A DNA stretch of 64,000 nt from assembly GCA_965230295.1 (NCBI GenBank), contig OZ246001.1, positions 608,001-672,000 of the forward strand. The letters are read 5' to 3'. The stretch's first letter is position 1. Each line of letters starts with the position of its first letter. Shown here piece by piece: positions 40,007 to 50,966 of this stretch. The DNA is from Marinicella sp. GTDB lineage: Bacteria > Pseudomonadota > Gammaproteobacteria > Xanthomonadales > Marinicellaceae. Both the position numbers and the translations under genes were made by a program. The notes under the pieces were generated by a model. That model did not search any database. It saw nothing but the letters and a program-made list of their open reading frames with translations, and was not told where the DNA came from.

Positions 40007-40028
40007 ATTGACTGACCGGTCGGTCAAT
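40007..40028. promoter_or_regulatory. Palindromic operator upstream of alkB (TetR-family-like)
   Basis: ATTGACTGACCGGTCGGTCAAT is 20/22 self-complementary and overlaps a minus-strand TTGACC-N18-TAATAT. Confidence 0.6.
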
Positions 40029-40196
40029 AGTATTTATAATTTTCAACAATTTTTTTGATTTATTTTGAAAGAAGAAACTACAGGACACTGGTTATCATGT
40101 GTAAATTTGCGATAAGATATTAACTGAGCATCAAGGCTGACTTGAAATATTTGATTAAAGGCAAATATAGGCACTGAGATAAAATTATTTTTTGCT

Positions 40197-40517
40197 ATGT
40201 CCGATAAACAGAATAAACATGAACTGGGTGCAGAACTGCTTGAACAGACAGACACTGAGTTCAAAGAACCCAAAATGTATAAAGTGATGCTTTTGAACGA
40301 TGATTACACACCCATGGATTTTGTCATCGAAGTTTTACAAAAGTTCTTTGATATGGATGAACAAAAAGCCACTCAAATCATGCTCCATGTGCATACCCGG
40401 GGACAAGGCTTGTGTGGCATTTACACCCATGAAGTGGCTGAAACCAAAACGGCTTTGGTGAACGAATATGCCAGAGAGTATGAACATCCTTTGTTGTGTA
40501 TTGCGGAGGTGGTGTGA
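40197..40517 (+). CDS. clpS: Clp protease adaptor ClpS
   Basis: [22 protein letters not shown]. Confidence 0.95.
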   Translation: MSDKQNKHELGAELLEQTDTEFKEPKMYKVMLLNDDYTPMDFVIEVLQKFFDMDEQKATQIMLHVHTRGQGLCGIYTHEVAETKTALVNEYAREYEHPLLCIAEVV

Positions 40518-42799
40518 TGTTAGACATTCATTTAGACCAAAGCATCAATAAAATTTATAAATTGGCACGCAAGCGCCGCCATGAATTATTGACCATGGAA
40601 CATTTGATGTTGGCTTTGATCAACAACAAACATGCCAGCCAAATATTGAACACCGTTGGCGCAGATAAACAATTACTACAACAGGAATTGGAGGTTTTGA
40701 TCGGACAACATGTCAAAATCCTGCCCGCAGACTCAGAGCTGGAAACCCAACCTACCCTGGCCTTCAGGCGCGTCATTCAACGGGCCATTTATTCTGCCCA
40801 ATCTGCAGAATTGAAGAATGTAACCGGAGACCGGGTGTTGGTCGCCATGTTTGATGAAATGGATTCTCATGTGGTTTATTTATTGAACAAACAAGGGATC
40901 ACTCGATTTGATGTGGTGCGCAGCATCGCTCATGGCGACACCGATTCGATCGATGACCCATTAAAACCAGACACCATTGAGCAAAATGATGAGCCATTGG
41001 CTGAAGTTGAGAAAAAGGATTCCGGCAAAGAATTTTTGGTCGACCTCAATGCCAAAGCGGCAGCTGGCGACATCGATCCTTTGATCGGTAGGACCGAAGA
41101 GCTAGAACGCATGATCCAAATTTTGATGCGTCGATCAAAAAACAATCCTTTACTGGTCGGCGAACCCGGTGTTGGTAAAACAGCCATCGCTGAAGGACTG
41201 GCCTTGCATGTCGTCAATAAACAGGTACCACAGGTGATGCAAGATGCCCATGTTTTTGCTCTGGACTTAGGTGGATTGTTGGCAGGAACAAAATACCGAG
41301 GAGACTTTGAAAAACGATTAAAAGCGGTGATCAAGTACATCCAGGGGATTGAACATGCCATCATGTTTATCGATGAAATTCATACCATCATTGGGGCAGG
41401 TGCCGTCTCAGGTGGGTCTTTAGATGCTTCAAATTTATTGAAACCTGCACTCAGTAAAGGAGCTTTGCGCTGTATTGGCGCCACCACACAAGAAGAAGTT
41501 CGCAATGTCTTTGATCGTGATCGAGCCTTGTCCAGAAGATTCCAAAAAATAACCATCACAGAACCCACTCAAGACGAAGCCATTGAAATCATCAAAGGAT
41601 TACAACCCCACTTTGAAGCGTTTCATGGAGTCAACTATGAAGAATCTGCCATCACGGCTGCTGTCAAGATGTCGGCCAAGCACATCAGTGATAAATTTTT
41701 GCCTGACAAAGCCATCGATGCCATCGACGAAGCAGGTTCATGGCAAAAAATAAATGGTCTTCAAGATCAAGCCATCATCGATTCAGACATCAAACGTGTG
41801 GTTGCATCGATCGCAAAAATTCCTGTCGATGACTTGAATCATGAAGACGGTCAACAATTACAAGCCATCGAACGCAATTTACAACATGTGATTTTTGGCC
41901 AGGATGAGGCCATTGATACACTGGCCACAGCCATTAAGATGGCACGCGCAGGCTTGAATCGTGACAACCGCACCGTTGCCAATTTGATTTTTGCTGGACC
42001 AACTGGTGTCGGAAAAACTGAAGTGGTGAAACAATTGTCACACCATTTGGGTTTGAAGTTGATTCGATTTGACATGTCAGAGTACATGGAACCGCACACA
42101 GTGGCGAAAATGATCGGTGCCCCACCAGGGTACGTTGGCCATGACCAAGGCGGTTTGCTGACCGATAAAGTACACCAAACACCTCACAGCATTGTTTTAC
42201 TTGATGAAATCGAAAAAGCACACCCGGATGTGATGAACATCTTGTTGCAAGTTATGGATAATGGAAAATTGACAGACTCTAACGGCAGAGAAACTGATTT
42301 TCGCAATGTGTTGTTGGTGATGACCACCAATGCAGGTGCTGCAGCATTCAGCCAGAATAGCTTTGGATTCTTAGATCAAGACCACAGCTCAGACGCCATG
42401 ATTGAATTAAACCGTCATTTCACCCCTGAATTCCGCAATAGATTAGATGCCATTGTGCCATTTCAGTCGTTAGAAAAAGTTCACATTGAAAAAATAGTTG
42501 ATAAGATCATCATTGAATTGGAACAACAATTAAAAGACCCAGGCATCACCTTCAGTATCAGCCAACAAGCCAGAGAATGGTTGGTTGGTAAAGGTTATAA
42601 CCCGGAGATGGGCGCCAGACCGATGCAAAGAGCCATTGACCAGCACGTGAAGAAACCATTGGTTGATGAAATACTGTTTGGACAGCTGAAAAATGGTGGA
42701 TTGGTCAAAATCAGTGTCATCAATGATGAACTGAATTTTGAAATCATTCCAAGCAGGTTGCTGTTGTCTGCTGTGGAGGAAAGTCCAACAGCACATTGA
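40517..42799 (+). CDS. clpA: ATP-dependent Clp protease ATPase ClpA
   Basis: Two AAA modules (GEPGVGKT, GPTGVGKT) with no middle domain; follows clpS. Confidence 0.95.
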   Translation: MLDIHLDQSINKIYKLARKRRHELLTMEHLMLALINNKHASQILNTVGADKQLLQQELEVLIGQHVKILPADSELETQPTLAFRRVIQRAIYSAQSAELKNVTGDRVLVAMFDEMDSHVVYLLNKQGITRFDVVRSIAHGDTDSIDDPLKPDTIEQNDEPLAEVEKKDSGKEFLVDLNAKAAAGDIDPLIGRTEELERMIQILMRRSKNNPLLVGEPGVGKTAIAEGLALHVVNKQVPQVMQDAHVFALDLGGLLAGTKYRGDFEKRLKAVIKYIQGIEHAIMFIDEIHTIIGAGAVSGGSLDASNLLKPALSKGALRCIGATTQEEVRNVFDRDRALSRRFQKITITEPTQDEAIEIIKGLQPHFEAFHGVNYEESAITAAVKMSAKHISDKFLPDKAIDAIDEAGSWQKINGLQDQAIIDSDIKRVVASIAKIPVDDLNHEDGQQLQAIERNLQHVIFGQDEAIDTLATAIKMARAGLNRDNRTVANLIFAGPTGVGKTEVVKQLSHHLGLKLIRFDMSEYMEPHTVAKMIGAPPGYVGHDQGGLLTDKVHQTPHSIVLLDEIEKAHPDVMNILLQVMDNGKLTDSNGRETDFRNVLLVMTTNAGAAAFSQNSFGFLDQDHSSDAMIELNRHFTPEFRNRLDAIVPFQSLEKVHIEKIVDKIIIELEQQLKDPGITFSISQQAREWLVGKGYNPEMGARPMQRAIDQHVKKPLVDEILFGQLKNGGLVKISVINDELNFEIIPSRLLLSAVEESPTAH

Positions 42800-42803
42800 A
42801 GAA

Positions 42804-43022
42804 TTATTTACTGCGGAATGTGATGCGACCTTTACTTAAATCGTAAGGTGTGAGTTCAACTGTAACGGTATCGCCAGTTAATATTCTGATGTAGTGTTTA
42901 CGCATGCGACCTGAAATGTGAGCGGTTACAATGTGACCGTTCTCCAATTCAACTCTGAACATGGTATTAGGTAAGGTATCAATCACTTTACCTTCTAATT
43001 CAATTACGTCTTCTTTCGCCAT
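42804..43022 (-). CDS. infA: Translation initiation factor IF-1
   Basis: [11 protein letters not shown]...[15 protein letters not shown]. Confidence 0.98.
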   Translation of the reverse strand: MAKEDVIELEGKVIDTLPNTMFRVELENGHIVTAHISGRMRKHYIRILTGDTVTVELTPYDLSKGRITFRSK

Positions 43023-43187
43023 ATATTTACAAGTTTAAAAAACGCGTATTCTATCAGATCTATTTCAATCTTGCATAAAACTTATCAGAAGTTATTCAGC
43101 CTTGATTCAGTTATTCAAACCCCGTCTCAAAACCGGGGGCAGTTAACACTCAATGAATGGGCATGGGTGAGTTTTTACTGTTTCAGT

Positions 43188-43859
43188 TTAATTCAATTGC
43201 CAGTCTATAGGTCTATGACCAGCATCAGTTAAGTATTGATTACATTTGGAAAAATGATGACAACCCAGAAAACCCCTGTGAGCAGACAAAGGAGATGGGT
43301 GCGGCGCTTTTAAGATCAAATGTTTAGCCGGGTCAATTTGACTGCCCTTTTTTTGCGCATAGGCGCCCCAAAGCATAAAAACCACATGCGCAGCTTCGCG
43401 GTTGATGAGCTCAATGATTCGATCGGTGAATTGTTCCCAGCCTCGGCCCTGGTGACTGGCCGCATGGGCCTGTTCTACACTCAGCACACTGTTCAGTAAC
43501 AACACCCCTTGTTTGGCCCAAGCAGTTAAATTACCCGAGCTGTTGTTGATCCCTAAATCTTGGCTGATTTCTTTAAAAATGTTAACCAAAGATGGTGGTG
43601 ACCTGACCCCATCTGGCACAGAAAATGACAAGCCGTGTGCCTGACCTGGACCGTGGTAAGGATCTTGCCCTAATATGACCACTTTAACTTGCTCTAATGG
43701 CGTGGTGTTGAGCGCATTGAACATCAAATTTCCAGGAGGGTAAATGTGTTTTCTTTGTTGTTTTTCTGCCTGGAGGAACGATCTGAGCGAGCGCATATAA
43801 GGCTTTTCAAATTCAGGCTGTAAGTGCCTCAACCAGCTGGGATCAAGTTGTGGGGTCAT
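43188..43859 (-). CDS. ung: Uracil-DNA glycosylase
   Basis: GQDPYH, GVLLLN, HPSPLS. Confidence 0.97.
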   Translation of the reverse strand: MTPQLDPSWLRHLQPEFEKPYMRSLRSFLQAEKQQRKHIYPPGNLMFNALNTTPLEQVKVVILGQDPYHGPGQAHGLSFSVPDGVRSPPSLVNIFKEISQDLGINNSSGNLTAWAKQGVLLLNSVLSVEQAHAASHQGRGWEQFTDRIIELINREAAHVVFMLWGAYAQKKGSQIDPAKHLILKAPHPSPLSAHRGFLGCHHFSKCNQYLTDAGHRPIDWQLN

Positions 43860-44665
43860 GTATTGTTTTGGGTTTTTTCACGATGGAACTGGGTAAACCG
43901 GATTTGAAACTTAATTTTTTTCACCAGGGCCTCCTGGTTGACAGGCTTCCCAATCAGGTCATTGGCACCTAAGTTCAAAATTTGTTTTTGATTCTCGGTA
44001 TTTTCATCCCCTGTCATGATCACAAATGGCATTTCTATTTTATCCATGCCTAAATCATTGCGAACATAGTCCAGAATTTCCAAGGCGGTTTCATTGTTTT
44101 TCAGGTAATAATCTGTCAGGACCAGTTCAAATTGATCATAAGCACTTTCTTTGGTTGGGATGAGTGCTTTGGCGTCGGTCACGTTGATGGTGTGGGTGAT
44201 TTCCAAATTATGATTTTGTAACAGTTTTTTGGTGGCATGAGCCACCACGGCTGAATCTTCAATATACAGGATCTTGCCATTGATTTGGTCATCTGGACGC
44301 AGTAATCCTCGCAGGAATATTTCCAAGCCTTTTTGGCCTGCTGCTTTATCGATGTAGTCAGTCACATCGCTGGTTAACATGCGGTCTTTTAAACGGGCAT
44401 CAACATCACCTGAGACAATGATGACCGGTAGGTAGTGATGATTTTCCCTGACGTATTGGCATATGACAGTGCCATCATCATCCGGCAGGCGCAAAGCAGA
44501 AATGATTAAATCAACACGATTGTTTTGTAGTTTATCAATGGCTTGTGCCACAGTGTCCACAGAAAATACATCTGTATATGGCCTGATTTTTTTAACCAGC
44601 TTCTCTGTCAATCTTCTGGCTAACTTAGAAGAGTCAGCAATCAAAACTTTTTGTGATTCACTCAT
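43856..44665 (-). CDS. Tandem receiver-domain response regulator
   Basis: Two REC folds, no output domain. Confidence 0.8.
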   Translation of the reverse strand: MSESQKVLIADSSKLARRLTEKLVKKIRPYTDVFSVDTVAQAIDKLQNNRVDLIISALRLPDDDGTVICQYVRENHHYLPVIIVSGDVDARLKDRMLTSDVTDYIDKAAGQKGLEIFLRGLLRPDDQINGKILYIEDSAVVAHATKKLLQNHNLEITHTINVTDAKALIPTKESAYDQFELVLTDYYLKNNETALEILDYVRNDLGMDKIEMPFVIMTGDENTENQKQILNLGANDLIGKPVNQEALVKKIKFQIRFTQFHREKTQNNT

Positions 44666-44748
44666 GCGATCATTGTACACCAATCATTGCTATCCAACGG
44701 GCCGATTGTCTAAATTTGTGTGTGTCATCATAAAATCAAAGCCATTTC

Positions 44749-45684
44749 TTATAAATTTCTGATGTGGTTGGTGGCACTGATTCTGGCACCTGCCCATGAA
44801 ATGAACACCACGATTATAATAAACCACATCACTTCAAAGCCAAAAGGCGTTCTTAACTGAATAGATTGGCCGAAGGATGCTGACAATTCCTGGATGGGGG
44901 CAGCCAACCACCATAAAGTCAAATTCAACAACAAAATAGCGAGCATGGCCGCAACCAAGCCATAATAAATCCCGCCATATAAGAACCGCCGGCGTATCTG
45001 TCCAGCTGTGGCGCCGAGTAATTTCTTCAAACCAATCTCGCCCTTGTGAGCTGACACTTCACTGCCAATTGAGTGGCTCAAAAATACAAACACGATGATC
45101 AAGAAAACCACTATGCTGGCTTGCATCAAATAATAAAATGCTTGGGTGAGTGATTTAAGCTGATTGAACCAATCAGAATCAAAACTCACATAATCAATGT
45201 CTGCGTGTAATTGCAGTTTCTGAGTCATGCTTTGAATCTGTTCGGTGGTGGCATTGGGGTGTGGCTTAAGTAAAATTTGATCAGGCAATTCGTGGGTTTT
45301 GATCACGTCAATGATTTGGTTCAATTGTGGGTCTTCATTGAGGTTGGCTTTGATGGTGTCATTATCGACCACAGTGACTTCAGCAATCAGGTTTCGGTCA
45401 TTCAAATCATGCTTCAACGCCGTAACTTGATTGACATCCAAGCCTTTTTTTAAGAACAGCGCGACACTGCCCTGCCCTTGCCACTGATCCTCCACTTCAG
45501 CAAAATTTTGCCACATGGTCCACATGATCAATGGTAAATAAAAACAAATGCCCAGGGTTATGACCGTAAACAAACTGGCATAAGGAGATTTCAATGGCAT
45601 TCTGAAGCCTTCTGCCATGGCCCTTAGGTGGCCCCGGTACCAGCGTTTGAATGGACTTGGAATTTGTTTAGCGGGTTGATTCAT
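44749..45684 (-). CDS. ftsX: Cell division permease FtsX
   Basis: Four TM helices, LPD, EI..KLLGAT...IRRRFLY.G; follows ftsE. Confidence 0.85.
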   Translation of the reverse strand: MNQPAKQIPSPFKRWYRGHLRAMAEGFRMPLKSPYASLFTVITLGICFYLPLIMWTMWQNFAEVEDQWQGQGSVALFLKKGLDVNQVTALKHDLNDRNLIAEVTVVDNDTIKANLNEDPQLNQIIDVIKTHELPDQILLKPHPNATTEQIQSMTQKLQLHADIDYVSFDSDWFNQLKSLTQAFYYLMQASIVVFLIIVFVFLSHSIGSEVSAHKGEIGLKKLLGATAGQIRRRFLYGGIYYGLVAAMLAILLLNLTLWWLAAPIQELSASFGQSIQLRTPFGFEVMWFIIIVVFISWAGARISATNHIRNL

Positions 45685-46352
45685 GACGGTCGGTAATCAT
45701 CTATCAATTGTCCTGAATCCAGAATCAAAACCCGTTTCCGCAATCGTTTGATCAAAATCAAATCATGAGAAGCAATCACCACCGTGGTACCCGCATCATT
45801 GATTTTCATGAACAGCTCCATCAATTCCAGTGACAAATCAGGGTCTAAGTTACCTGTGGGCTCATCTGCCAACAAAATGTCCGGCTTACTGACAATGGCC
45901 CGAGCGATTCCAACCCTTTGTTGTTGCCCACTGGACAATTGACTCGGATAATATTGTAGTTTTTCGGCCAAGCCAACTTGCTGCAATATGACTCGAGACT
46001 GTTTCAAACTTTCACTTTGACCATATCCCCTGATCCATAAAGACAAAGCCACATTGTCTAGAATCGTGCGGTTCTCTAGCAGCCTGTGGTCTTGAAAAAT
46101 CATACCCAGGCCCTGGCGGTATTTGGGCAGTTGATGTTCCTTTAACTGTCTCAATTGATAACCATTGACATTGGCCTGACCATAACTCATTTCTTCAATT
46201 TTCATGATGAGTTTCAGAATTGAAGTTTTACCCGCACCTGAATGTCCTGTGAGGAACAGCATCTCACCAGCTTCAACTCCAAAACTGACATCCGCCAAGG
46301 CTTTGTTGTGTTTGCCATAGGACTTACTGACTCGGTTGAATTCTATGATCAT
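45681..46352 (-). CDS. ftsE: Cell division ATPase FtsE
   Basis: TGHSGAGKT, FQDHRLL, LSSGQQQRVGIARA, ADEPTGNLD. Confidence 0.92.
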   Translation of the reverse strand: MIIEFNRVSKSYGKHNKALADVSFGVEAGEMLFLTGHSGAGKTSILKLIMKIEEMSYGQANVNGYQLRQLKEHQLPKYRQGLGMIFQDHRLLENRTILDNVALSLWIRGYGQSESLKQSRVILQQVGLAEKLQYYPSQLSSGQQQRVGIARAIVSKPDILLADEPTGNLDPDLSLELMELFMKINDAGTTVVIASHDLILIKRLRKRVLILDSGQLIDDYRPS

Positions 46353-46369
46353 GCTTAAGAATATCTGGG

Positions 46370-47587
46370 TTATTGAATGATGGTATTGATTTGAAAAATA
46401 GGCAACAACATGGCCAAAACGATAAATAATACCATCAAACCGACAAATAAAATAGCCAAAGGCTGGATGGCCCCAATCAGGGTTTTGATTTTATTCTCCA
46501 CATCTTTTTCCTGAACCAAGGCGGATCTGACCAACATTTGACTCAGTTGTCCACCTTGTTCACCAGAATGCACCAATTTTATGCTCAATGGCGGGAATTG
46601 CCCTGTATTTTTCATCGCTTGTGCCAACGAGCTGCCTTCTCTGACCGCTGTTGCTGTTTGTTCACAGGCTTGTTTAATGATTTCATTGTTGACCACTTTT
46701 TTGGCCAAGGATAAAGAGGACACGATGGGTACTGCACTTTGCGTCAAAATGCCTAATGTGCGGGTAAACCTGGCCGCCTGTGCGACGCGGATTAACCGGC
46801 CGATACCAGGCACCCTTAATAGCAGTTGGTGCCAAGCCAATCGAAACGGCGGGTAATTGCGCAACACCAAAAAGCCCACCAATAACAACAGCATAAACAG
46901 CAACAGATACAAGCCGTAGTTTGACAAAAAACCACTCAATGATATCAATACCCGAGTCATGGCTGGTAATTGAACTTGGCTGCTTTCAAAAACCTGAATC
47001 ACTTTAGGCACAATATAAACCATCAAACCAGCCACCACCAATATGGCTGTCACCATCAACACCATGGGGTAAATCAACGCTGAAGTAGACTGCTTGCCCA
47101 TTTCATCACGTGTTTCTAAATAGTCAGCAAGCTGTAACAGCACGGGTTCTAACTGACCTGACTGTTCACCGGCTTCAATACTGGTTGCAATCAGTTCATC
47201 AAAAGCTTTAGGAAAAATTCGCATCGCAGACGCCAATGACTGCCCTTCCATAACTTTGGCGTGGATGGTGGATAGAATTCGCTCACTGTTCTTGCTTTCA
47301 CTTTGTTCTATCAATGTTTTCAAGGCATCATCAATGGGCAGACCGGCTTGCACCAGAGTGGCCAATTGTCTGATCAACAATGGCAATTCAGTTTTCTTTA
47401 ATGACAACCGTTGAGTTCGCAGCTGGCTTTGGTTTTGAGGGGAGCGCTCTATGACTTGAGATATTTGGACAGGGGTCAGCGCTTGGTTGCGCAACAATTG
47501 CCTGGCTTGTTTTTCGTTGTCAGCCTGGATGATGCCTTTTTTCTGCTTGCCACTGGAATCTATAGAGGTGTATTCAAACGCTTCCAT
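46370..47587 (-). CDS. gspF: Type II secretion inner-membrane protein GspF
   Basis: RQLATLVQAGLP, GEQSG.L, IYP; follows gspE. Confidence 0.88.
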   Translation of the reverse strand: MEAFEYTSIDSSGKQKKGIIQADNEKQARQLLRNQALTPVQISQVIERSPQNQSQLRTQRLSLKKTELPLLIRQLATLVQAGLPIDDALKTLIEQSESKNSERILSTIHAKVMEGQSLASAMRIFPKAFDELIATSIEAGEQSGQLEPVLLQLADYLETRDEMGKQSTSALIYPMVLMVTAILVVAGLMVYIVPKVIQVFESSQVQLPAMTRVLISLSGFLSNYGLYLLLFMLLLLVGFLVLRNYPPFRLAWHQLLLRVPGIGRLIRVAQAARFTRTLGILTQSAVPIVSSLSLAKKVVNNEIIKQACEQTATAVREGSSLAQAMKNTGQFPPLSIKLVHSGEQGGQLSQMLVRSALVQEKDVENKIKTLIGAIQPLAILFVGLMVLFIVLAMLLPIFQINTIIQ

Positions 47588-47592
47588 CGATT

Positions 47593-49077
47593 CTACCCAC
47601 TGTGTATGACACGTAAAATTTCATCAACCGTGGTCTGACCTGCCAACAGCTTTTCCCTGGCATCAGCTTGGATGCTGGAGTGAACCTGGTGGGCATAAGC
47701 GGCCAACTCACTTTCAGCTTTGTTCTGATGAATCATGCTTTTGAGTTGCTGATCCATGGTGATGATTTCAAACACACCCAGCCGACCCGAATAAGCTTGA
47801 TTAACCGGCAATGTTTCATCGGCCTGGAAAATCGAAGTGGTGTCACTTGGCAGAGACAGGGCTTGGATCATCTGTGCATCCAAAGCTTGGGGTATTCGCG
47901 TTTCGGGATCTAGCTGTTTGACCAATCGTTGCGCAATAACAGCCTTGACAGATGATGCCAACAAGAACGGTGGCACTCCCATATCAATCAGTCGTGTGAT
48001 GGCCCCAACCGCTGTGTTGGTGTGTAAAGTAGAAAAAACCAAGTGTCCTGTTAAACTGGCCTGAATCGCAATTTCAGCCGTTTCTAAATCGCGTATCTCA
48101 CCAATCATGATGACATCTGGATCTTGACGCAAGATGGCACGCAATCCCCTGGCAAAAGACATGTCAACCTTGCTGTTGACTTGAGTTTGGCTGATACCTT
48201 CCAAATGGTATTCAATGGGATCTTCTATCGTCATGATATTGCGCGAACGCTCATTGATGGCTTCAATCGCAGCATATAAACTGGTGGTTTTACCAGAACC
48301 CGTCGGGCCAGTCACCAAAATGATGCCATGGGGTAATTTAACCAATTGCTGCATCATATCTAAATGGGCTTGGTTCATGCCCAATTGTTTCAAACTTAAT
48401 TGGCCTGCTTGTTTATCCAACAGCCGCATCACGATGCGTTCACCAAATGCACCAGGGATGGTTGAGACCCTCACATCGATGGGATGGGCCGCAATTTTCA
48501 ATGAGATGCGTCCGTCTTGAGGCAGTCGCTTTTCAGCAATGTCTAATTTGGACATGATTTTTACCCGCGAAGCAATCATTTGAGCCAAGGATCGATCTGG
48601 GGTCAACACCTCTTGTAACTCACCATCCACTCGATACCTGATCGACAAATGATTTTCACCAGGTTCAATATGAATGTCTGAAGCATTGACCTTAACTGCA
48701 TCAGCCAACAAGGCATTGATCAGACGGATGATTGGGGCATCGTCGTTACTCTCTAACAAGTCTTCTGGTTCTGCCAACACTTCAGCTATTTTTGTTAACT
48801 CTGCTTCGCTGCTGTCTAAATCAGCCACCACATCATCGGTCATGGATTGTTGGTGGTGGTAGATTTTTTGGATGACTTGCTGGTATTCCTCAACCGCAAA
48901 AAAGGTCATTTCAACTGGCTTTTTACTCAGCCGCTGCAATTCAGCAATGGCTGCAGGTGATGCCTTTTTGGAAACAGCCAAGGTGATGGTGCCATCTGGT
49001 TGTTGCTGTAAGATGGTGGCCCCGCGATTTTTCGCAAAGCTGTAAGATGGCAACTTAACAGGGGTGAATTCAGACAT
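47593..49077 (-). CDS. gspE: Type II secretion ATPase GspE
   Basis: ASDIHIE, LDIAEKRLPQDG, GPTGSGKTT, LRQDPD, GHLVFSTLH. Confidence 0.92.
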   Translation of the reverse strand: MSEFTPVKLPSYSFAKNRGATILQQQPDGTITLAVSKKASPAAIAELQRLSKKPVEMTFFAVEEYQQVIQKIYHHQQSMTDDVVADLDSSEAELTKIAEVLAEPEDLLESNDDAPIIRLINALLADAVKVNASDIHIEPGENHLSIRYRVDGELQEVLTPDRSLAQMIASRVKIMSKLDIAEKRLPQDGRISLKIAAHPIDVRVSTIPGAFGERIVMRLLDKQAGQLSLKQLGMNQAHLDMMQQLVKLPHGIILVTGPTGSGKTTSLYAAIEAINERSRNIMTIEDPIEYHLEGISQTQVNSKVDMSFARGLRAILRQDPDVIMIGEIRDLETAEIAIQASLTGHLVFSTLHTNTAVGAITRLIDMGVPPFLLASSVKAVIAQRLVKQLDPETRIPQALDAQMIQALSLPSDTTSIFQADETLPVNQAYSGRLGVFEIITMDQQLKSMIHQNKAESELAAYAHQVHSSIQADAREKLLAGQTTVDEILRVIHSG

Positions 49078-49082
49078 CAAAT

Positions 49083-50966
49083 TTACTGGTCGTTAGATTC
49101 AGCACCATCCAATGCCGGTAAGGTTGGCTCGCCTCGCCTGAAAGCTTCAGGTGAAATTTCATCCAACTGCTGTTGACGAATTTCATTGTAACGCTGTTTA
49201 CTGATGGCCTCTTGCTGTAAGTCATCACGCAATATTTGCGGGTGAATAAAAATCATCAAATTACGCTTGGTGCGCGTGCGCTTTTTGGTTCTGAATAAAT
49301 TTTTAATCAGAGGGATGTCACCAAGCACCGGTACTTTCTTAATGGTCTCTTGGACCGAATCATCGATCAAACCACCCAATACCAATATGGAATCATCTGG
49401 AATCATCACTGAAGTACTTAATGTACGTTTCTTGGTCACCAAATCAACAGCACTCACCGCTGTGGCATCGATGCTGGAAATCTCTTGTGCAATGTCAACC
49501 ACAATTTGGCCACCTTCATTGATGTGTGGTGTGACAGTCAGTGACAAGCCCACATCTTCACGCTGAATGGTGGTGAACGGGTTGGGCGTACCTTGTGAGT
49601 CTGAATTTCCGGTTGCGGAAAATTGCCCGGTCACGAAGGGCACTTCTTGACCCACAGACAGCGAAGCTTCCTGATGATTTAAGGTAACCACCGAAGGTGT
49701 TGATAAAATGTTGTTGTTACCATTGATACCGATGGCTTTCAATAAACCACCAAATTTCAGGATTTGCTCGCCATTGTTTCCGGTTCCAAAATTCAAGTAC
49801 CCCAAATTCAAACCGCCTGCCAACAAACTACCAAATACATCGACTGGATCGTCTGCACCCAAGTTAGGCAAGGTGTTACCTGTGAATGACCCGCCGACTA
49901 TACCGTCATCACTGTCGCCAGCTATCGGCGCAAACCAATCCACTCCCAGTTCTTTGGAGTTATCCACTGACACCTCAGCAATGATGGCTTCGATCAAAAC
50001 CTGTTGTCTTCTGATATCAAGCATCTCAACAGCTTGCTGGACATTGCGATAAATGGCTGGTGGTGCATTGATCACCAGAGAATTGGTTTCCATATGGGCT
50101 TGGATACTGACATTTTGTTCTGTATTCTCACCTTGGCCACGCTTGGCCAATGTTTCCAAGATCGGAACCAACTTATCAGCAGAAGCGTATTTCAAATACA
50201 CCACTTGGGCTTGTGTGTTGGTATCCAAAGGCACGTCCAAACGTGAAATGATGTTCATTATTTTGGTTTTCAATGATGGATTGGCATTGATAATCACCGC
50301 ATTGGTTCTGGTGTCTGGCACAATTTTTGATTGTGGCCCCAAAGCATTGGATGTCTCCAACAGTTGAGACAAGGTGTCAGCCACATCCTGGGCATTGGCA
50401 TATTGCAAGGGGATCAGGTCGATTGATGAATCAGATTTTCGGTCAATGTTATTGATCAACTGTTCCATTTTATCCACATTGGCGGCTTTGTCCGAAACGA
50501 TCAACAAATTCGAATCTTTGTTACTGATTAATTTGGCTTTGTTGTTCATTGATTTAAGCATTTGCATCACTTCTTCTACAGGAATGTGTTTGATGCGGAA
50601 TATTTTTGTCATCAATTGATCCGGGTGATCACTGGTTAAACCAGCCAAAGGGTTACTTTTTGCAATGGGTATGATCTTGATGGTGTCGCCTTGGGTTTCA
50701 GTAGTGAAACCATTGACACTTAAGATGGATAAAAACAAATCGTAGATCTTGTCTTCTGGCACCGGCTGACCTGAAATCACAGTGATCTTACCGGTCACTT
50801 CAGGGTCAATCACAAAATTCTTGCCAGTGATGTCACTGATGGTTTCTACCAATAACCTGATTTCCGTGTCCTGCAAATTCAGAGTGTGCATGTGATTTTC
50901 GGCCCAGGTGTTGCCAGCTATTGCCAAAAAGAACAGACAGATTAGGGTTATTCGCGTTTTTTTCAT
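49083..50966 (-). CDS. gspD: Type II secretion secretin GspD
   Basis: N0 domain (ISDITGKNFVIDP), N-domain repeats, QVLIEA, KVPVLGDIP. Confidence 0.92.
   Translation of the reverse strand: MKKTRITLICLFFLAIAGNTWAENHMHTLNLQDTEIRLLVETISDITGKNFVIDPEVTGKITVISGQPVPEDKIYDLFLSILSVNGFTTETQGDTIKIIPIAKSNPLAGLTSDHPDQLMTKIFRIKHIPVEEVMQMLKSMNNKAKLISNKDSNLLIVSDKAANVDKMEQLINNIDRKSDSSIDLIPLQYANAQDVADTLSQLLETSNALGPQSKIVPDTRTNAVIINANPSLKTKIMNIISRLDVPLDTNTQAQVVYLKYASADKLVPILETLAKRGQGENTEQNVSIQAHMETNSLVINAPPAIYRNVQQAVEMLDIRRQQVLIEAIIAEVSVDNSKELGVDWFAPIAGDSDDGIVGGSFTGNTLPNLGADDPVDVFGSLLAGGLNLGYLNFGTGNNGEQILKFGGLLKAIGINGNNNILSTPSVVTLNHQEASLSVGQEVPFVTGQFSATGNSDSQGTPNPFTTIQREDVGLSLTVTPHINEGGQIVVDIAQEISSIDATAVSAVDLVTKKRTLSTSVMIPDDSILVLGGLIDDSVQETIKKVPVLGDIPLIKNLFRTKKRTRTKRNLMIFIHPQILRDDLQQEAISKQRYNEIRQQQLDEISPEAFRRGEPTLPALDGAESNDQ

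Noticed and set aside
49267-50619. Series of antisense ORFs within gspD and other long genes
   Set aside because: Shadow ORFs on the opposite strand of well-supported genes
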